Positions 20,441 to 30,125 of a stretch of DNA of 64,000 nt are shown here, one piece after another (the first letter of the stretch is position 1; every line of letters starts with the position of its first letter). The position numbers were made by a program, and so were the translations under genes. The notes under the pieces were generated by a model. The model was given only the letters and a program-made list of their open reading frames with translations, was not told the DNA's origin and made no database searches. Origin of the DNA: Thermodesulfobacteriota bacterium (GTDB lineage: Bacteria; Desulfobacterota_D; UBA1144; Nemesobacterales; Nemesobacteraceae); NCBI GenBank assembly GCA_963667625.1, contig OY763921.1, positions 713,963 through 777,962 of the forward strand, read 5' to 3'.

Positions 20441-21481
20441 TTATATAGCGACGGAATTTAGAAGATCTATATCTTCGAGAGCTTTTCCGGAGCCCATAAC
20501 GACGCAATCGAGGGGGTGCTCGGCCCTTTTTATCTGTATGCCGGTTTTTTGCTCTATGCGGTTGCGCAACCCTCTTAGAAGCGAGCCGCCCCCTGCTAGC
20601 ATTATTCCCGATTCAAAGACATCTGCAGAGAGTTCCGGCGGGGTTCTCTCCAAAGTCTGCATGATTGCATCGACTATCTGGTTTACGGTTTCTTCTACCG
20701 CCTCTGCGATTTCTTCCATGTCAATTGTGAGCATTGAAGGAACACCGGAAATGTTGTTTCTTCCGGTTATTTTCATTTGCGTCTTTCTGGTGGTGTTTAT
20801 TTCCGGGTATGAAGAAAACTTTTTCTTAAGTTCTTCCGCTGTCCTGTATCCGATTATCATGTTGTGATTTCTTCTCAACCACTGCTGTATGGCTTCATCC
20901 ATCTTGTCTCCACCGATTTTGATTGATTTACTCACAACTATCCCGGACAGCGCAATAACGGCTATTCCCGTGGTACCGCCTCCTATGTCAACCACCATGT
21001 TGCCCGAGGGTCTATGCACTTCTATCCCAGACCCTATGGCGGCGCACATTGTTTCCTCAATGAGATATACTCTCCTGGCTCCCGCCGCCTCGGCGGATTC
21101 TCTTACGGCTCTTTTCTCTACTTCGGTAATTTCAAGGGGAACCGATATTATTACTCTCGGGCGCACGAAGCTTCTCTTATTGCCGTTGGATTTTTTTATG
21201 AAGTGCTCGATCATTCTCTGAGCCGCTTCAAAATCGGCGATAACACCGTCACGAAGAGGTCTTATGGCTTTAATCGACTCAGGGGTTCTTCCTACCATCT
21301 CCCTGGCCTGTTTTCCTACAGCGATGAGTCTTGATTTGTGTCCTGGAATGTTCTGCACTGCTACCACCGACGGTTCGTTAGACACTATCCCCTGGCCTTT
21401 GAGGTATACAAGGGTGTTTGCAGTTCCGAGGTCGATTGCCAGATCGTTTGAGAAATATTTCAGAAGCTTCTCTAGTATCAT
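20441..21481 (-). CDS. mreB: Actin-like protein MreB
   Basis: IDLGTANT, RPLRDGVIADF, VDIGGGTT, LAGGGSLL. Confidence 0.96.
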   Translation of the reverse strand: MILEKLLKYFSNDLAIDLGTANTLVYLKGQGIVSNEPSVVAVQNIPGHKSRLIAVGKQAREMVGRTPESIKAIRPLRDGVIADFEAAQRMIEHFIKKSNGNKRSFVRPRVIISVPLEITEVEKRAVRESAEAAGARRVYLIEETMCAAIGSGIEVHRPSGNMVVDIGGGTTGIAVIALSGIVVSKSIKIGGDKMDEAIQQWLRRNHNMIIGYRTAEELKKKFSSYPEINTTRKTQMKITGRNNISGVPSMLTIDMEEIAEAVEETVNQIVDAIMQTLERTPPELSADVFESGIMLAGGGSLLRGLRNRIEQKTGIQIKRAEHPLDCVVMGSGKALEDIDLLNSVAI

Positions 21482-21607
21482 TACTTTATAATTACCCCTT
21501 CTTTAAGTTAAAACATGATCAAACCCGAGATACTCGCCGTATGCACCCGTAAACCAGGCGAACCTACGACCAAATAGTTAACCCTTAAATTATAGCATTT
21601 TTTTTTA

Positions 21608-22699
21608 TTATTCAAAGCGGCTATAAAAGGGTTTTTCCGTTATTTTTACCGTGTTCAGAGTTTTATCGGCGTGATGTTCCCCGCCAACGAATATTTTCCC
21701 CCGAAAATCGCAGAATTCCCTTCTTATATAGCCGATGGAGATCTTTTTCCCCAGAGTGGGAGAGTATGTTGAAGAGGTTATTCTCCCCACTTTTTTCTCC
21801 TTAACCCAGAGAGTGTCTCCTGGTAGCGCGCTGCCGTCTTGCTGCACTTCGAAATACGCGAGGTGCCAATTTACTCTGCCTCTCCACTTTATCCTTGCTA
21901 CTACTTCCTGCCCCACATAGCAGCCCTTTTCAAAGTCAAGGGCATCCCATATGCCGGCTTCAATTGGTATGGTGGAGATGTCCATATCCTTTCCGTAAAC
22001 GGGGATTCCGGCTTCTATTCTCAGGGTCTCTAGAGCCTCCTGTCCGCAAAGTCCCGGAACCGGCGGATTTTCAATAAGAAGTTCCCAGATTTTCTGAGCG
22101 CTACGGTTTTCAAAAAGAACGTCAAAACCGGTTTCTCCCGTTCTGTTGAGCTTCATTACGGTTGCCTTGCCGCAAGCCCGGTGATCATATGCCTTCATAT
22201 GTTTAACATCGGTGCCGAGGCGTTTTTCGATTAACTCCCCGCAGCTGGGACCGCACACGTGGAAAACGCAGTAATCTTCAGTGACATCAATCACCTCGGC
22301 TTTGTATGAAAGTTTGAATCTTCGAAGAAGCTCCGCTATGTTCCCACTCATGCCTGGCTCTGTGTCCATGTAGACTGAGTCTTCGTTCTTAAATACCCTC
22401 ATGTCTGAAATCATTTTCCCCTTGGGGGTGAGTATTGCCGCGTAGATGCCTGTCCCGGGAATTTTTTCCTTTACGTCGTTTGTAAGCATGCCCTGCAGGA
22501 ATTTTATGTGGTCGGCTCCCGACAGCATAAGTTTCCCCCTGCTTGAGATATCTATAACGCCTACAGATTCTCTTACGGCTTTTGCTTCTCTTTCCGGGTC
22601 ACCGTAGTTTTTCGGAAGAAGAAAACCGCCCGTCTCGCCGAATACGGCTCCTTGGGCTGCGTGTCTGTCATAAAGCGGAGTTTTCTTTGCGGATTCCAT
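21608..22699 (-). CDS. Aminomethyltransferase / YgfZ-GcvT family folate-binding protein
   Basis: KTPLYD, DISSRGK, FLQGMLTNDV, KGCYVGQEVVAR (YgfZ signature). Confidence 0.88.
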   Translation of the reverse strand: MESAKKTPLYDRHAAQGAVFGETGGFLLPKNYGDPEREAKAVRESVGVIDISSRGKLMLSGADHIKFLQGMLTNDVKEKIPGTGIYAAILTPKGKMISDMRVFKNEDSVYMDTEPGMSGNIAELLRRFKLSYKAEVIDVTEDYCVFHVCGPSCGELIEKRLGTDVKHMKAYDHRACGKATVMKLNRTGETGFDVLFENRSAQKIWELLIENPPVPGLCGQEALETLRIEAGIPVYGKDMDISTIPIEAGIWDALDFEKGCYVGQEVVARIKWRGRVNWHLAYFEVQQDGSALPGDTLWVKEKKVGRITSSTYSPTLGKKISIGYIRREFCDFRGKIFVGGEHHADKTLNTVKITEKPFYSRFE

Positions 22700-22806
22700 T
22701 AACGTAAGCGCTTGCGGAGGAGGGTTTTGGCTGCCTCCTTCCTTTGTTTTGTCTCTTGAAAAACCACTGCCTGAATGTAGTATAAAGTCCCTGTTCTAAA
22801 AAGAAA

Positions 22807-23766
22807 TTGCAGGGGTGCGAAGTGAAAGAACTGAAAGAAAGCTACAAGGTGGTCATCATGGGTTCCGGCCCGGCGGGGCTGACCGCGGCCCTTTACGCAG
22901 CGCGGGCAAATCTTGAGCCGCTTGTATTTGAAGGTCCGGAAGCCGGAGGGCAGCTTACCACGACTACCGATGTTGAGAATTTCCCGGGGTTTCCAAGCGG
23001 AATCATGGGTCCTGATCTTATGGATCTTATGAGGGAGCAGTCCGAACGTTTCGGGGCACAGTGCGTGCAGAAGGCCGTAACCGCCGTCGATTTTTCCAAA
23101 AGGCCGTTTCGCGTATCGACGGAAGATGAGCAGATACTAGCCTCCACATTCATTATTTCTTCGGGTGCCACGGCAAGAATGCTCGGCCTGCCTTCCGAAC
23201 GTGAGCTTGTGGGTTATGGGGTTTCCACATGCGCTACATGCGACGGATTTTTCTTCAGGGACAAGGAACTTGTAGTTGTCGGGGGAGGGGACAGCGCCAT
23301 GGAGGAATCCATCTTTCTTACCAAGTTTGCCACCCGGGTTACGGTGGTTCACAGGCGCGACAAGCTCAGAGCATCGGTGATAATGCAGCAGCGTGCCGGA
23401 GAAAACGAAAAAATAGATTTTATATGGAACGGCGTTGTTGAAGATGTTCTGGGTTCAAGAGAGGACGGAGTAACGGGGGTGCGGATAAAGGACGTCGTAA
23501 CCGGGGAGAGTTACGTTAAGGAATGTCAGGGTATGTTCGTAGCGATCGGGCACACTCCCAACAGCGGAATTTTCAGGGGACAGCTTGAGATGGACGATAA
23601 CGGTTACCTGATCACCAATAACGGCACCTCTGAAACAAGCGTTGCCGGCGTTTTTGCCGCCGGAGACATACAGGATACAAGATACAAACAGGCTATAACG
23701 GCGGCGGGAAGCGGGTGCATGGCGGCTATGGACGCGGAGAGGTTCATAGAAGAGCATGGACTTTAA
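22807..23766 (+). CDS. trxB: Thioredoxin-disulfide reductase (start probably GTG 22822)
   Basis: GSGPAG, CATCDG, GGGDSAMEE, HRRD, GVFAAGD. Confidence 0.97.
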   Translation: MQGCEVKELKESYKVVIMGSGPAGLTAALYAARANLEPLVFEGPEAGGQLTTTTDVENFPGFPSGIMGPDLMDLMREQSERFGAQCVQKAVTAVDFSKRPFRVSTEDEQILASTFIISSGATARMLGLPSERELVGYGVSTCATCDGFFFRDKELVVVGGGDSAMEESIFLTKFATRVTVVHRRDKLRASVIMQQRAGENEKIDFIWNGVVEDVLGSREDGVTGVRIKDVVTGESYVKECQGMFVAIGHTPNSGIFRGQLEMDDNGYLITNNGTSETSVAGVFAAGDIQDTRYKQAITAAGSGCMAAMDAERFIEEHGL

Positions 23767-23785
23767 CCGTTCTGTGTCTTAGTCT

Positions 23786-23814
23786 TGGACAAAGAGTTTT
23801 TATTCGGTTATACA
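23786..23814 (+). promoter_or_regulatory. Sigma70-like promoter of tRNA-Val/tRNA-Asp
   Basis: TGGACA-N17-TATACA about 26 nt upstream of tRNA-Val. Confidence 0.45.
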
Positions 23815-23840
23815 GATTGCCTGCTTTTTTGCGTTTTTGC

Positions 23841-23915
23841 GGGCGGTTAGCTCAGCGGGAGAGCACCTGCCTTACAAGCAGGGGGTCACAGGTTCAAATC
23901 CTGTACCGCCCACCA
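23841..23915 (+). tRNA. tRNA-Val(TAC)
   Basis: Cloverleaf GGGCGGT...ACCGCCC-ACCA, anticodon loop CTTACAA, GGTTCAAATCC. Confidence 0.97.
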
Positions 23916-23927
23916 TCTGATTTAAAC

Positions 23928-24005
23928 GGGGCCGTAGTTCAGCCTGGTTAGAACGCTGGCCTGTCAAGCCAGAGGTCGCGGGTTCGAATCCCGTCGGTCC
24001 CGCCA
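23928..24005 (+). tRNA. tRNA-Asp(GTC)
   Basis: GGGGCCG...CGGTCCC-GCCA, anticodon loop CTGTCAA, GGTTCGAATCC. Confidence 0.97.
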
Positions 24006-24109
24006 CCCCGATTAAAGAATTGCACGGAATTCCGCTTAGGGTCTGGGAGAGTTTTTAGCTTTTTTGTGTATAGTTTTCGCATTAGGTTCCACTGCGGGAA
24101 ATTCGTATC

Positions 24110-25582
24110 TTGGATATTCAAAAACAGGTTGAACGGTTCGAAAAGGGTTACCCGTTCCGCAGGCTCCTTCGCCCCGCGACAATAGGTGACGGCATAAAAA
24201 AACTGGGAGAGGATGAATCTCGGGCACTTCAGCGGGAATACGAGGATTCTCTTTCCGAAACGAGCGTATGCAAGTTTGTTCCGGCATCGGGGGTGGCCTC
24301 GAGAATGTTTCGGGATCTTGGCGCGCTTCGGGAGGTCTTTTCCTCGGAAGAAGCGGTTTTGAATCCCGAAGAGGAAAAGATACTTGAGAAATTTCTTTCG
24401 AACTTAACAAGATTTTCTTTTGCGGGTCTGCTTGAAGAGAGATTAGGGAAAAGCCTTGAAAAGGTTGCCTCTTCGGGGAATTTCAGACTCATTTTTGACA
24501 CCCTTTTGGGAAACAACGGCCTGGGTTACGGAAACGTTCCGAAAGGGCTTGTGCCTTTTCATAGGTACGGCGGGGAGATGAGGACAGCTTTTTGCGAGCA
24601 TTTCAAGGAAGCCCTTGAATATATAAGTTCGCGCGGCACAGCCTCCATGCATTTTACGATTCCCCCAGCATTTGCCGAGGAGTTCGTTCAAGAGGAGGAG
24701 AAGACAGTTTCTTTTTTTTCCTCCGAAAGGATCTCATTTGACGTAACATACTCGGTTCAGGATCCCCAAACGGATACAATCGCGGTCACAATGGACAATG
24801 TGCCCGTCTCGGACGCCGATGGATCCCTGCTCAGAAGGCCCGCCGGGCACGGAGCGCTGCTTAAAAACCTGAATGAACTTTCCTATGACTGCATTTTCGT
24901 AAAAAACATAGATAACGTGGCTAAAGAAGGACTTCTTCCCGATACTGTTAAGTGGAAAAAGACACTCGGCGGAGTTCTTCTCTCTATCCAGAAAAGAATT
25001 TTCCGCTACACAGAAGCCCTTTCTTCCTCCTGGACCTCAGAGGCACTTGAGCAGGAGATGATTTCCTTTTGCCGGGAGGAACTTTTCATGGACCTCTCCC
25101 AGGAACTTTCAGGGCTGTCTGGAGCCGGCAGGAGGGAGTTTCTGTTTCGGGCGTTTCACAGGCCCATCAGGGTATGCGGCGTCGTAAAGAACGTGGGTGA
25201 ACCGGGCGGTGGTCCGTTCTGGGTGGAAGGAGAAGGGGGAGAATCCCTTCAGATAGTTGAAAGCGCCGAGGTTGACCAAGCCTCCTCTTCTCAGCGACAT
25301 ATCTGGGAGAACTCAACCCATTTTAATCCCGTGGATATTGTCTGCAGAGTAAAGGATTTTAAGGGAAAGAAATTCAATCTGACCAGCTTTGTCGACCCTG
25401 AAGCCGGAATTATCACCGAAAAAACCCTAGGCACAAAGAAGATAAAGGCGCTTGAGCTTCCCGGGCTCTGGAACGGTTCCATGTCCGGGTGGATAACGGT
25501 TTTCGTGGAAGTTCCTTCCACCACGTTTAACCCGGTGAAAACCGTCTGGGATCTTCTGAAGGAACCCCATCAGGTAAATTAA
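24110..25582 (+). CDS. DUF4301 family protein (nucleotidyltransferase-like)
   Basis: KFVPASGVASRMF, PKGLVPFH, RPAGHGALL, FVKNIDNV, GEPGGGPFW, THFNPVD, LELPGLWNGSM. Confidence 0.88.
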   Translation: MDIQKQVERFEKGYPFRRLLRPATIGDGIKKLGEDESRALQREYEDSLSETSVCKFVPASGVASRMFRDLGALREVFSSEEAVLNPEEEKILEKFLSNLTRFSFAGLLEERLGKSLEKVASSGNFRLIFDTLLGNNGLGYGNVPKGLVPFHRYGGEMRTAFCEHFKEALEYISSRGTASMHFTIPPAFAEEFVQEEEKTVSFFSSERISFDVTYSVQDPQTDTIAVTMDNVPVSDADGSLLRRPAGHGALLKNLNELSYDCIFVKNIDNVAKEGLLPDTVKWKKTLGGVLLSIQKRIFRYTEALSSSWTSEALEQEMISFCREELFMDLSQELSGLSGAGRREFLFRAFHRPIRVCGVVKNVGEPGGGPFWVEGEGGESLQIVESAEVDQASSSQRHIWENSTHFNPVDIVCRVKDFKGKKFNLTSFVDPEAGIITEKTLGTKKIKALELPGLWNGSMSGWITVFVEVPSTTFNPVKTVWDLLKEPHQVN

Positions 25583-25618
25583 CACCCGGAAGTTTTTCTG
25601 TGGAAATCAGCTCTCAAA

Positions 25619-26968
25619 ATGCCTAAAGAAAATCTTTACTGCCTTGTTCTTGCCGGGGGACGGGGAACTAGGCTCTGGCCTCTCTCAAGGGAGTCTATGC
25701 CCAAGCAGTTCCTCAGCATAAACGGAGATGACTCGCTTCTGCTTGGGACGCTTAAGCGGGCCGCTCGCCTTGTCGCCCCGGAGAGCATACGGGTTGTACT
25801 TGAGGAAAAACAGCTCCCGCTGATCAAACAGAGTCTTCAGTCCATGGATTTTCCGGAAAAAATAAAGGTTATTACAGAACCCGTGGGCAGAAACACCGCC
25901 CCCGCAATTCTGCTCGGAACTCTTGAGATTGCTTCTCAGGACGAAGATGCGGTGATAATGGTTTTCCCCTCGGATCATGTCGTCGGGGACGACGAGAATT
26001 TCCGTGATCACGTACGAAGGGCGGGTTCCCTTGCTGAAGACGATTACATAGTGTGTTTCGGAATCACCCCCTCGGCGCCCGAGACCGGGTACGGCTACAT
26101 CGAGGGAGGAGAACCGCTTCACGACGGCGGGCTTAAAATAAAAAGGTTCGTCGAAAAACCCAGTGCCGAAGTTGCAAGTGAATACCTGCTTTCGGGAAAT
26201 TTCTTCTGGAACAGCGGAATGTTCGTTTTCCGGGCCCGGACCATGATTGAGGAATACGCGGCTCTTTGCCCTGAGGTGTATGAACCGATTCGCGAAGCTT
26301 CCCGCGGAGAAGTCGACAGGGATGTTTACGCCGGGCTTTCTTCCGTCCCAGTTGACCGCGCGGTGATGGAGAAGACTTCGCGTGGAGCCGTGGTACCATC
26401 TTCTTTTCCGTGGAGCGATATAGGGTCATGGCGGCTTTTCTACGAATTTTCCCCGAAAGATTCCGAGGGCAACGTGCTTGAAGGAGACGTAATCCTTAAG
26501 GGCACGGAGGATTCTATTGTAAAAAGCGGCTCGAGGCTTGTCTGCGTATCCGGTCTTCGCGACGTTGCGGTGATTGAAACTAAGGACGCCGTTTTTGTCT
26601 CCGATCTTGACCGCTCGAATGAGGCGGGCGAGTTTGCGAAGGAATTAAGAAAGCGGGACAGGGACGAGGCGGACCGTCCGAAAGTAGTTCACTACCCTTG
26701 GGGCAGCAGGGAAGAAATTGAGAAAGGAAAGTTCTCAAGAACAATCAAAACAACTCTTTTTTCCGGCAAGTCCGCAAGGACGGAAAACACCTCTTCTCAC
26801 AACCTCCGACTGGTGGTTCTTCAGGGAGAAGCTCTGATCGTCGGCGAGAAGAGCGACGAACTCGGCCTCGGGCAGACTTTCTTTCTCGAAGACGGAGCGA
26901 ATTGCACCCTAGAGAACAAGGGGGACGATGTTCTGCTCATTCTTGAGATCTTTTCCGTTAAGGGTTGA
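25619..26968 (+). CDS. manC: Mannose-1-phosphate guanylyltransferase with degenerate C-terminal cupin
   Basis: LAGGRGTRLWPLSR, PKQF, EPVGRNTAPA, FVEKP, WNSGMF, WSDIGSW. Confidence 0.9.
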   Translation: MPKENLYCLVLAGGRGTRLWPLSRESMPKQFLSINGDDSLLLGTLKRAARLVAPESIRVVLEEKQLPLIKQSLQSMDFPEKIKVITEPVGRNTAPAILLGTLEIASQDEDAVIMVFPSDHVVGDDENFRDHVRRAGSLAEDDYIVCFGITPSAPETGYGYIEGGEPLHDGGLKIKRFVEKPSAEVASEYLLSGNFFWNSGMFVFRARTMIEEYAALCPEVYEPIREASRGEVDRDVYAGLSSVPVDRAVMEKTSRGAVVPSSFPWSDIGSWRLFYEFSPKDSEGNVLEGDVILKGTEDSIVKSGSRLVCVSGLRDVAVIETKDAVFVSDLDRSNEAGEFAKELRKRDRDEADRPKVVHYPWGSREEIEKGKFSRTIKTTLFSGKSARTENTSSHNLRLVVLQGEALIVGEKSDELGLGQTFFLEDGANCTLENKGDDVLLILEIFSVKG

Positions 26969-27034
26969 AAAAAAACAGGGGGAGCAGAGCTTTGACTCTG
27001 TTTTCCGTTGAGTTATCATTTTTCCACCGAGCGG

Positions 27035-27126
27035 GGAGAGGTGGCCGAGTGGTCGAAGGCGCTCGATTGCTAATCGAGTAAGGGGTGAAAGCCCCTTCGT
27101 GGGTTCGAATCCCACTCTCTCCGCCA
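27035..27126 (+). tRNA. tRNA-Ser(GCT)
   Basis: GGAGAGG...TCTCTCC-GCCA, anticodon loop TTGCTAA, long variable arm. Confidence 0.97.
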
Positions 27127-27195
27127 ATCCTGTTTTGTAATCTACTGAGAAAAAGGATTATTTGGGAAACAGAAAAGGTTTGTACCCCTTCCTAT

Positions 27196-27231
27196 AAAAA
27201 AGCCCACCAATGCGGTTAAGCCAAGGTGGAC
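27196..27231 (-). terminator. Intrinsic terminator for the DUF6011/AAA genes
   Basis: On minus strand: GTCCACC...GGTGGGC followed by TTTTTT. Confidence 0.55.
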
Positions 27232-27264
27232 TATCTACAAAACCAAAAAGGGACGTACCCCTCC

Positions 27265-27447
27265 TTAAGATTCACAAATTACATCTGCCGTCCGATGTTT
27301 CCGCCAGCATTCCGGTCCCATTCCTAGGATAATGGAACGGGGATCCGTCAGTGGTTTATCACAGATTTTACATCGGGTTTCATTCCCCCGGTCGGCTTTT
27401 CTCTTTTCTGCTTTTCGTTTCCGGTCGGCTTCCTTCCGTTTCCTCAT
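27265..27447 (-). CDS. Small basic Zn-finger protein, DUF6011-like
   Basis: CKICDKPLTDPRSIILGMGPECW matches the CxxC..LT..S...G.GP.C pattern; Lys/Arg-rich N-terminus. Confidence 0.65.
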   Translation of the reverse strand: MRKRKEADRKRKAEKRKADRGNETRCKICDKPLTDPRSIILGMGPECWRKHRTADVICES

Positions 27448-27515
27448 AAGATCTATTATACAAAAACCAGGGGTGAGAAAAACCTCACTCTCTCCATCAT
27501 TGCGTCGTTCGGGAA

Positions 27516-28688
27516 TTACAAGCCAAGCAGTTTATCCATCAGCTTCGGAAGAGAAATCACAGTTGTACCCTTTTCAATCGGAAATTCATCATGGCCACCG
27601 TAGACAACAAATTTTCTGGTAGCTCTGATATCTTCCGATGCGTGATGAAAGCCGGGTCTTATTTTGGGCGCGACGCCATATTTGATTTCAATCGCCCACA
27701 ACTCTTTGCTTGATATCCTGAGAATAAGATCGATCTCCGTGCCGGAAGACGCACGATAGTAATAAGACTCCACGCTGTTTGGCAGGATGGAGACTATGTT
27801 TTCAATTACGAATCCTTCCCAGCTTTTTCCAAGAACGGGGTTGGAGAGCAGCGCATCATAATCCGCGATACCAAGCAACCTGTGCAGGATTCCGCTGTCC
27901 CGAACATAAAACCGCGGAGATTTGACCAATCGTTTCTTGACGTTCCCGTACCAGGGACTCAGTCTCCGTACAAGCAGCAAATCAACCAGGATATCTAGGT
28001 AATGGGTAACGGTTTTCCCGTCAACTTCGAGATTGTTGCCCAGTTTTGAATAATTCAGCGCTTCTCCCTGCAGATGAGCGAGCATTGTCCAAAGCATCCT
28101 TAGGCGACTGGAGGGCACCCGGAATCCCATCTGCGGAACGTCTCGCTCCAGATAGGTTCGGATGAGCATTTCAAGCCATTCCATGCTCTCAGCGTCTGAT
28201 GATGCCAGATAGCTCTCGGGAAAACCGCCCCTAAGCCATAGTTTATGAAAATCATCCGGGTTGGCATGCGGAACCTCAAGGATATTAAGGCCGTTCATGT
28301 AAATATAGCGGATGCGTCCCGCCAGACTTTCTGAAGACTGGCGAAGCAGGTCCATCGTTGCGGAACCGAGTAATAGGAACTGCTCAGCTTTTTTGCCTGC
28401 CCGCCGATTTTCGTCAATCAGTCCACGCAGGGTCATGAACAGATCGGGGGCACGTTGTATCTCATCCAGAATAATTAGTCTTTCCCTGCTCCCGGAAAGA
28501 AAGGAAACGGGGTCGCGCAGCTTCAGCAGGTCTTCCGGTGACTCTAGATCCAGATAGATGGAATTGTGCTTTTCAGCGATTTCTCGCGCCAATGTAGTTT
28601 TGCCGACCTGTCGCGGCCCAAGAAGCGCAACCGCGGGGGCGCGTTTTACAGCTTCATCAAGCTTGTCCGCAATCCATCTTTCCAGCAT
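27516..28688 (-). CDS. AAA_14/DUF4143 ATP-binding protein
   Basis: GPRQVGKTT, LDEIQ, LGSA, RGGFPE, KRLVKSPRFYVRDSG, EIDL...AIEIK. Confidence 0.9.
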   Translation of the reverse strand: MLERWIADKLDEAVKRAPAVALLGPRQVGKTTLAREIAEKHNSIYLDLESPEDLLKLRDPVSFLSGSRERLIILDEIQRAPDLFMTLRGLIDENRRAGKKAEQFLLLGSATMDLLRQSSESLAGRIRYIYMNGLNILEVPHANPDDFHKLWLRGGFPESYLASSDAESMEWLEMLIRTYLERDVPQMGFRVPSSRLRMLWTMLAHLQGEALNYSKLGNNLEVDGKTVTHYLDILVDLLLVRRLSPWYGNVKKRLVKSPRFYVRDSGILHRLLGIADYDALLSNPVLGKSWEGFVIENIVSILPNSVESYYYRASSGTEIDLILRISSKELWAIEIKYGVAPKIRPGFHHASEDIRATRKFVVYGGHDEFPIEKGTTVISLPKLMDKLLGL

Positions 28689-28835
28689 ATGTGTATTTTA
28701 GGAGATAGACTCCGAAATTGCAAGATTTTTTCTGTTTAGGTAACGTAAAAACCGACCTTCATTAAATGATGTGGAAATTTTTATTCAAGGATGGATTTAA
28801 GGAGCCAGTCGGCAGGATAGTTTCAGGAAAGTAGT

Positions 28836-30125
28836 TCACACGGCTGTTGCGTAGGCAACTTCGTTTTTTACGTCCTCTATCCTTATCTTTATTTCCGTTC
28901 CGGTATCGATGTTGCCTTCAATCAGCTTCGCGTTTATGTAGTTTTCCGTGGTGCAGTTTGACTTGCTCTCGACAATGGCACCGAGAGTCTTGCCTATGAA
29001 CGTTCTGTAAAAGTTTTCTTTTTTCGTTTTTCCAAGCGCGCGAAGCTCCGCCGCTCTTTGCTTCTTCACCTGCGGGGAAACCTGGTCTTTCATATTCGCG
29101 GCTGGGGTCATTTTCCTTATCGAATAAGGAAACACGTGGAAATAGGTGAGTTCCGAAGCGGCCGCGACATCGCGGGAATTTTCAAACTGCTCCTGTGTTT
29201 CCCCGGGAAACCCGACCATTATGTCCGTGCCGATCGAAGCTTCCGGCAATGAACTGCGTATCGAGTCCGTGCACTCGAGGAACTGCTCGGGGCTGTACCT
29301 TCTTCTCATTTTTCTCAGGACATCCCTGTCTCCGCTTTGAAGCGCTACGTGAAAACTCGGGCAGACGATTTCCGAATCCGAAACAAAGCTGATCAGTTCC
29401 TCCGTGGTATCCGCGGGGTCAAGAGAGCTGAGCCTTATCCTGCTCACAGCCCTGGACTTCTCAATTTCTCCCAGCAGACTGACGAGATCCGAACCTATGT
29501 CCCTTCCGTAGCTTGTCAGATGAATCCCGGTTAGAACGACTTCCTTATAACCTCCCCGCGCAAGAGTTTTCAGCCTTGAGATCACTTCATCCGTCCCGAG
29601 ACTGCGGGAGCGTCCGCGCGCCCTTGGAATCACGCAGAACGTGCACGCATAGTTGCAACCGTCCTGTACCTTGAGAAACGCCCTTGTCCTGTCGGGAAAG
29701 AACCTGATGTCAGGAGTATCGAACTTCCTTTTTTTCTCTTTGAAGATGTCGGATAGGAGAACCTTCGGCTCACTCTGAACTTCACCCCGGCGGATCACTC
29801 CGAGAAGGGATGAGGACTTGTGGGAGTTTCCGATTACGTAGTCGACTTCCTCCATGGCGGAGAGTTGCTCCGGGGAGACCTGGGCGTAGCAGCCGGTCAC
29901 TATTACAACGCCCCGGGGGTTTGATCTTTTTGCCCTGTATACGTAGTTTCTCGCTTCAGAATCTGCCTTGTGCGTGACGGTGCAGGTATCTATTACGTAT
30001 ACGTCTGCAGGTTCGTCAAATTTTTTGTTCTTTACGAACTCTGAGGATGGCAGGTGGTTAAGCAAGGCGGCCGTATCGTACTGGTTAACCTTGCACCCCA
30101 GGGTTACTACGGAGATCCTTTTCAT
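28836..30125 (-). CDS. mtaB: tRNA (N6-threonylcarbamoyladenosine) methylthiotransferase
   Basis: TLGCKVNQYD, CTVT...AD, KVQDGCNYACTFC radical SAM motif. Confidence 0.93.
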   Translation of the reverse strand: MKRISVVTLGCKVNQYDTAALLNHLPSSEFVKNKKFDEPADVYVIDTCTVTHKADSEARNYVYRAKRSNPRGVVIVTGCYAQVSPEQLSAMEEVDYVIGNSHKSSSLLGVIRRGEVQSEPKVLLSDIFKEKKRKFDTPDIRFFPDRTRAFLKVQDGCNYACTFCVIPRARGRSRSLGTDEVISRLKTLARGGYKEVVLTGIHLTSYGRDIGSDLVSLLGEIEKSRAVSRIRLSSLDPADTTEELISFVSDSEIVCPSFHVALQSGDRDVLRKMRRRYSPEQFLECTDSIRSSLPEASIGTDIMVGFPGETQEQFENSRDVAAASELTYFHVFPYSIRKMTPAANMKDQVSPQVKKQRAAELRALGKTKKENFYRTFIGKTLGAIVESKSNCTTENYINAKLIEGNIDTGTEIKIRIEDVKNEVAYATAV

